A DNA stretch of 32,000 nucleotides, taken from contig CAYRPF010000002.1 of assembly GCA_964426185.1 (NCBI GenBank), positions 41,799 through 73,798 on the forward strand, given 5' to 3'. The first letter of the stretch is position 1. Every line of letters begins with the position of its first letter. The DNA is from an uncultured archaeon. Lineage in GTDB: Archaea; Asgardarchaeota; Lokiarchaeia; Sigyniarchaeales; Promethearchaeaceae. Shown in pieces: positions 26,980 through 32,000 of the stretch. The position numbers were made by a program, and so were the translations under genes. Below the pieces are notes generated by a model. It was not told the origin of the DNA and made no database searches. It was given only the letters and a program-made list of their open reading frames with translations.

Positions 26980-27282
26980 ATGGTTGAACCAGAAGAAGAT
27001 ACCTCCAGTTGGAAATCATTGAAAAAAATGATTAAAAAAAGCGTTACAGAGGTAAAGAAAAAAATTAAAGAGTATTCACAAGAAGGAGAACCTGGTTTTA
27101 AAAAAATATCACCTCTTTATGGGCAAAAACGGAAAATTATTTCCGAACCTGCACCTCCAAAAGAATATAATTGTCCCTTTTGTCATTCTCCCCTATCCGA
27201 TGAATTGATAAATATTTTAAAGGAGCACAAATCTATCATTTGTGAACGCTGTGGAAGTAACCTTCAATTATCCGATTTTTAA
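26980..27282 (+). CDS. Small zinc-ribbon protein of unknown function
   Basis: CPFC..CERC at the C-terminus and a basic N-terminal helix. Confidence 0.7.
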   Translation: MVEPEEDTSSWKSLKKMIKKSVTEVKKKIKEYSQEGEPGFKKISPLYGQKRKIISEPAPPKEYNCPFCHSPLSDELINILKEHKSIICERCGSNLQLSDF

Positions 27283-27391
27283 TCGGAAAAAAAGCAATTG
27301 GTTTTTATGGAAGATTACTTTGTTTCTTGCATAAGGAGATTGCCTCCTTTTAGATGATCTCTCCTTTAAAAATAATTAAAAGTTGATTACT

Positions 27392-27742
27392 ATGAGCAAA
27401 GATAAAACTTTTGGACTGATAATTTTGCTATTAGGCTTCTTGATGATTATATTCTATATCATCTGGGCGCCAATGTCTCTTATTTACGATATGTCAAATG
27501 GCCAAAGCCTCTCAGGATTAAGTGGTCTTTATGACATCGGCTTTTTCAGCTGGAAATGGGCTTTAGTTATTCCGATGACTATTATGGTATTACTCATTGG
27601 AGCCTTAGCCGCTTGGATTGGATATAGCATGATTTCTACTCCACCCCCAGTTCCTTTAGAAGAACTTGAAGAGGAATTAGAAGCTGAAGAAGCTGCTAAC
27701 GCTGAATCTGCAGAAAATGAAGAAGAATCCTCAAACGAATAA
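27392..27742 (+). CDS. Two-TM protein resembling DPM2/PIG-P, with acidic tail
   Basis: DKTFG..FYIIWAP / WALVIP..WIGYSMISTPPP followed by a Glu-rich tail. The CDS is clear; the family call is a manual alignment. Confidence 0.62.
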   Translation: MSKDKTFGLIILLLGFLMIIFYIIWAPMSLIYDMSNGQSLSGLSGLYDIGFFSWKWALVIPMTIMVLLIGALAAWIGYSMISTPPPVPLEELEEELEAEEAANAESAENEEESSNE

Positions 27743-27827
27743 ACTAAAATTCTAATATTGTAATTGAAGTTTTTTTTTAATAAATTCCCAATATCTATTT
27801 TTTTTCAATTTTTCAAAATGAAGGAAA

Positions 27828-28280
27828 ATGCAGAAACATATTTACGGGCAAATTTGGGGCATTCTTCAGCTCGGTTTTTGGTTGATTATGATTCCATGGA
27901 TCTTGATTGCGATTCCAGGAGATCTTTGGGTAGATATGGTCATCAAGATGAATCCAGAGCGGGTTCCAGAAGGTGTTCAAGAATTTTTTCAATCCCAATG
28001 GGTTGATTGGCGAACCGGTTTAGTAATACTTGGGATTTTTTATATGCTCTTAGTAAGTATTGCTTTGATTTGGGTAGGTTGGCATAAACTTCATCCAATT
28101 TCAATGTCTTCAGATATTCCGCCTGAAAAAATTGCGATGGATCGATTTCATGCCGTTCAAAGTTTTTCAAAAGAGGCATACTTAAAACAGCTTAGGGAAA
28201 AAGCCCATATCTATCGCATGGAAGGCAAACACGGGTTATTTAAAGAGCGAAAGCGCAATAAAAAGTCAAAAAAATATTAA
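27828..28280 (+). CDS. Two-TM protein, probable paralog of the upstream gene (PIG-P/DPM2-like), with basic tail
   Basis: HIYG..IPWILIAIP / WRTGLVIL..LIWVGW has the same two-TM layout as 27392-27742. It ends KERKRNKKSKKY. Confidence 0.5.
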   Translation: MQKHIYGQIWGILQLGFWLIMIPWILIAIPGDLWVDMVIKMNPERVPEGVQEFFQSQWVDWRTGLVILGIFYMLLVSIALIWVGWHKLHPISMSSDIPPEKIAMDRFHAVQSFSKEAYLKQLREKAHIYRMEGKHGLFKERKRNKKSKKY

Positions 28281-28317
28281 TAGCTAGTAAAATTTACTTT
28301 TTTGGTTAAATTTCCAG

Positions 28318-29103
28318 TTACTTCTCTGCGTTATTTGAATTAGAGGTATTAGGGGAATTATATCTGTTTGGATTAAATAAACGCGTAATATCTTCCTCGT
28401 CAAAGGTACCAGTATATGTTTCTTCTAAGATCACCCATTCACTGGCTGAAGGATTGATGATAGTGTGCTTTGATCCCAATGGAATGTGAAATTCTTGCTT
28501 GGGAGATGTTTGAAGATATACCTTCGAGCCTACAATGATTATCGGGTGCCCTTGTTGAATTTTCCAGTGTTCTTCTCGAAGTTGATGTGTCTGTAGACTA
28601 ATTCCCAGACCGGGTTGCAAGAAAATGAGATTGAAACTGGGATATGTGAACTTAATGGAATACCATTTTGCTAAGATATCAGTGTATCCTGTTGGAACGG
28701 AAAATTGGGAAAGAATTTTGGAAGGATCAATTGTTTCATGGGGTTTGTTTTCCAATAAATAGGGATTATAAAGAATTTTAAAAATTTTTCCCAATTCTTC
28801 TTTTCTTTCTTTTTTTCCTTCTCCTTTTTCATATCCACTAATTTTTACTTCCACTTCGATTGTCACTGAGGTGAGATTCATGATCATAAAAGCCGCTTTG
28901 GGTGGAACTAGGAGCATATACCCATCTGAAACTCGAAGACCCATATGATTAATGGGGGCGATTACATCTTCGATAATGGCTAAAATTCCACCTAAATTTT
29001 CCCAAGCGGGAGAATCTACCAAATGAATGTAAAGTTTAGTGTTTTGATCCCCATTTTGCCAAAGATTTGTTCCACGTCCAGAAGAAAGAGTCCAATATAC
29101 CAT
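28318..29103 (-). CDS. Cupin protein with type II mannose-6-phosphate isomerase-like C-terminal domain
   Basis: ISLQTHQLREEHW, IPLGSKHTIINP and E..TG..DEEDITRL match the PMI domain of ManC/AlgA. Confidence 0.75.
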   Translation of the reverse strand: MVYWTLSSGRGTNLWQNGDQNTKLYIHLVDSPAWENLGGILAIIEDVIAPINHMGLRVSDGYMLLVPPKAAFMIMNLTSVTIEVEVKISGYEKGEGKKERKEELGKIFKILYNPYLLENKPHETIDPSKILSQFSVPTGYTDILAKWYSIKFTYPSFNLIFLQPGLGISLQTHQLREEHWKIQQGHPIIIVGSKVYLQTSPKQEFHIPLGSKHTIINPSASEWVILEETYTGTFDEEDITRLFNPNRYNSPNTSNSNNAEK

Positions 29104-29162
29104 ATTATATTCCTTTATTTACTAAAATTTATATTTTTGTTAACTTTTTTGAACACGATAGC

Positions 29163-29768
29163 ATGTTAACACCCACAACCACCTCAATAATCGGTTTATT
29201 ATATCTAATTTTCCGTCTCTGGCTTGATGAGATCAAGTTAGCAAAAGAACTCGATTTTCGCAGGCGATACTTGAGCCGATTTGCCAATTATTTCTTCGCA
29301 ATCGCTTTGATCTATAATTTGCAGAATATGGTGTTCAATATGATCGTAATTACTTCAATGCCGGCTATTTGGGTTGCTTTTCTTCGGTGGGATATTCGCT
29401 TCTATAAACGCTTCAAAAAAGGGATTCCCGTTTCATCGATTCCTCTTGAAACAAAAGCTCAGCGTGTATGGATGATTATTGAGCGTCTAACCCTACATCC
29501 TCCCATGTTAGCCTTTGGAACCATCCCATTTTTCACGGGTTTACGGAAATTTGCATTAGGAAGTGCAAGTTCAAGTGATTTAGGCGGGCAGATATTAACC
29601 ATCTTCTATGCAATGATTCTATTTTTCAGTGCCTTCTTCTTCATGGATGTACGTTGGTACAAACGTCACCGGTGGCCGACGGGTAAAATAATCTTATATG
29701 CTTTGATAGGGTCTTGTATTTTGATCTTTCCTTTCATTCTGATTCCCACATTTATTGAAATATTATAA
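29163..29768 (+). CDS. Hypothetical multi-pass membrane protein
   Basis: About 6 hydrophobic segments. ATG at 29163 avoids overlap with the divergent cupin gene. Confidence 0.7.
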   Translation: MLTPTTTSIIGLLYLIFRLWLDEIKLAKELDFRRRYLSRFANYFFAIALIYNLQNMVFNMIVITSMPAIWVAFLRWDIRFYKRFKKGIPVSSIPLETKAQRVWMIIERLTLHPPMLAFGTIPFFTGLRKFALGSASSSDLGGQILTIFYAMILFFSAFFFMDVRWYKRHRWPTGKIILYALIGSCILIFPFILIPTFIEIL

Positions 29769-29842
29769 ATTGAATAAAATGAAATAAAAATACCAAAAAT
29801 TAATAATTTGAACAAAATTCAATAGAAAAGTAAAAAAAAAGA

Positions 29843-30256
29843 TTATTTTAAGGGAACAAATTGGCTTGAACGGGTAGCTCCGACACCCGGATTACCATGA
29901 CTTACTTTTTTATTTGTAGGGGAGTACTCGCCTAAATAATGTCCAATGTGTTCTGGAGTAATTTTTACCGGAATGAACTCTAATCCGTTATGTACCGCAA
30001 TGGTTAATCCAATAAATTCTGGGAAAATAATCATGTCACGATTATGGGTGCGAACCACCATATCTCGACCATTCTTAGCAGCTTTTTTCGCCTTTTTTAA
30101 TTTTCTCAAGAATTTCTTCTGTCTTCGAGGCATACCCCGCTTCAAACTGCGTCGCTGTCGGGAAGGAAGTAATTCCATAAACTGTTTCATGGACATACGC
30201 CGTAATTCATCCAGGTTTTTTCCCCGATATAAGAATTTATGTTTAGTTTCAGACAT
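29843..30256 (-). CDS. rps19p: 30S ribosomal protein uS19 (archaeal S19 / eukaryotic S15)
   Basis: [43 protein letters not shown] and [18 protein letters not shown]. Confidence 0.98.
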   Translation of the reverse strand: MSETKHKFLYRGKNLDELRRMSMKQFMELLPSRQRRSLKRGMPRRQKKFLRKLKKAKKAAKNGRDMVVRTHNRDMIIFPEFIGLTIAVHNGLEFIPVKITPEHIGHYLGEYSPTNKKVSHGNPGVGATRSSQFVPLK

Positions 30257-30352
30257 CAAGAATCACATAATAATATCATACTTGCTATAACCATCTCAAT
30301 GGGGCATAAATTAATAATTTTTTGATTTTGGAAGTGAATCTTAATTTTAGTG

Positions 30353-30967
30353 CTATTTTTGCATTCTTTTTCTCTTTATCTTTCGAATTGTCAACACAGA
30401 TACTATGCCAGATGTGGCCAATAATCCCGCAATCGGGAAAACATCAATTTTTTTATTATGCTCCTCCATGTAATCTTGTAAATTAATATCAGTTAGTGAA
30501 ATTAAAGTCTTGAAATTCCCAAAATTACTCTCAGACTTAACCAAAATTCCAGATTCAAGATCATAGTAATCCAAAGTCGTTTCTTCATCATAAACCCATT
30601 CTCGAATAATACATTGAAATTCTGTTCCAAGAAAAGTGATATTCTGCTTTTCATAGTTTTTATTTTCCCACTCTTGAAAAATCTCTGGGTCAACCCACAT
30701 AAAGCCGGCACTTTTATTAGTGATTATTGCCGTAAGTTCTCCTACTAAATCATATTCTTCATAATCTATCCAAACGGTATTATTCTTGATTTCTTTATAT
30801 GTAATTTTAATATAACTTGTGGTGGATTTAGAATTTCCCAACTCCCACCAAAAAATATCTCCTTGAGAAACTTCCAATCCGTATCCGTATGAAAATAAGG
30901 TGCAAGCCAGCATAATAATGATCAAAAAACCACCACAAATAGTTGGTTTTTTAATGTGAAATCTCAT
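30353..30967 (-). CDS. Secreted, C-terminally membrane-anchored protein
   Basis: N-terminal signal-like segment, beta-rich acidic body (GDIFWW, YYDLESGILVK), and C-terminal IDVFP + TM helix + RKIKRKR. Confidence 0.72.
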   Translation of the reverse strand: MRFHIKKPTICGGFLIIIMLACTLFSYGYGLEVSQGDIFWWELGNSKSTTSYIKITYKEIKNNTVWIDYEEYDLVGELTAIITNKSAGFMWVDPEIFQEWENKNYEKQNITFLGTEFQCIIREWVYDEETTLDYYDLESGILVKSESNFGNFKTLISLTDINLQDYMEEHNKKIDVFPIAGLLATSGIVSVLTIRKIKRKRMQK

Positions 30968-31113
30968 ACTCAATAATTTGTTTTTTTAATTTATTTATTT
31001 ATCTGATGATGAAATGTTGGGTCGGTAGGTCGGTGTGTGGGGAAATATAAGAAATAAAAGAATATGAAATGAAAAAAGGAAAAACACCATCGATCGAGGG
31101 AATATGATTGAAT

Positions 31114-32000
31114 TTATTGGATTACTACTTTACTACACGTTTTTAGGAAGGTTTCGTCAAACTCTGCACCCAATCCAGGACCGTCGGGAAGAATTACTGT
31201 CCCATTTTGATCAATTTTGTATTGTATGCCTCCAATAATGGGATCGTCTTTTAATATTAAAGCTGAATCTAAATCCACAAATTCTATATTTGGAAATGCA
31301 GAAGTGAAATGAGCAGCAGCAGTCAAACCTAAGCGAGTTTCATCAAAACACCCTATCATACAGCGAATACCTGCAGATTGTGCAATAGTATTAATTTTCA
31401 TCGCCGTAGAAATACCCCCGGATTTCATTAACTTGATATTTAGGTAATCACATGCTTCCATGTCAATCAGACGTAAAGCATCATGATGATCAAATACTGA
31501 TTCATCAGCACAAATTGGGATGGAAGATCCTTGTCTTAATTGCCGCATCCCTTTAAAATCCCACGTTGCAAGAGGTTGTTCAGAAAATAATATATTTAAA
31601 GGTTCAATTCGTTTCAATATTACTTTAGCTTGAGCCAAATCCCATCCTTGATTGCTATCTATCTTAATTTCAATATTTTCTCCAATTGCTTTGCGAACAG
31701 CGGCAATATGTTTAACATCTTCAAATTTTGGACGACCTACCTTTAATTTTAACGATTCAAAACCGTCATCTACGATTTGCTGAGCAAGTTCAACAGTTTG
31801 TTGAACCGTTTCTTGAATTCCCACGGTTAAATCTGTGTGTAAAACCCGTTTTTCACCACCTAAAAGACTATAAACTGGAATATTTTGTACTTTTCCTAAA
31901 ATATCATAAAGTGCCATATCAAATGCTGCCCGAATAGAAGAATTATAAATAAGGGAATGGTTGATTTCATTCATTCGAACTTCTACTTCCAGAGGATTTT
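31114..32000 (-). CDS. Dipeptide epimerase (L-Ala-D/L-Glu epimerase-like, enolase superfamily); 5' end outside window
   Basis: AAFDMALYD, LKLKVG (KxK), IDSNQGW, EQP, CADES, NIKLMKSGG and DLD. The frame stays open from 31974 to the window end (NPLEVEVR). Confidence 0.92.
   Translation of the reverse strand, partial: NPLEVEVRMNEINHSLIYNSSIRAAFDMALYDILGKVQNIPVYSLLGGEKRVLHTDLTVGIQETVQQTVELAQQIVDDGFESLKLKVGRPKFEDVKHIAAVRKAIGENIEIKIDSNQGWDLAQAKVILKRIEPLNILFSEQPLATWDFKGMRQLRQGSSIPICADESVFDHHDALRLIDMEACDYLNIKLMKSGGISTAMKINTIAQSAGIRCMIGCFDETRLGLTAAAHFTSAFPNIEFVDLDSALILKDDPIIGGIQYKIDQNGTVILPDGPGLGAEFDETFLKTCSKVVIQ

Noticed and set aside
31015-31045. G-rich ggtcggt-a-ggtcggt stretch in the intergenic region
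   Set aside because: It is too short, has no convincing structure and has no second copy in the window.
1535-31937. Remaining short overlapping ORFs in the track (e.g. 3198-3608, 8416-8898, 17965-18345, 27764-28006, 29946-30290)
   Set aside because: Nearly all lie within, antisense to, or largely overlapping well-supported genes and show no recognisable motifs.

Overview
AT-rich, gene-dense archaeal DNA that looks like an Asgard archaeon (Lokiarchaeia/Promethearchaeia-like). This is inferred from the combination of a Rab-like GTPase, a longin-fold protein, an OSTC/DC2-like protein, an RPC34/TFE-beta-like protein, and archaeal Trm1, MptE, IPK and uS19. About 30 CDSs are present; I found no rRNA, tRNA, CRISPR array or mobile element. 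The main theme is isoprenoid-carrier and glycosylation biology. It includes a four-gene mevalonate operon (phosphomevalonate decarboxylase, class II HMG-CoA reductase, mevalonate kinase, isopentenyl-phosphate kinase), a cis-prenyltransferase, an ALG7/AglH GlcNAc-1-P transferase, amino-sugar genes, a UbiA-type prenyl-phosphate phosphoribosyltransferase with DUF362, and an OSTC/DC2-like OST subunit. There is also a tandem pair of small two-TM proteins resembling eukaryotic DPM2/PIG-P. The best novelty candidates are (1) the DPM2/PIG-P-like pair within this ER-like dolichol-pathway neighbourhood, (2) an RPC34/TFE-beta-like FeS protein with a histone-H1-like Lys-rich TPKK tail, (3) a Rab-like GTPase with a 13-aa Pro/Thr tandem-repeat tail, missed by the ORF track, and (4) an 855-aa multi-TM M48 protease with a large unknown C-terminal region. 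All family assignments come from recalled motifs, not from database searches.
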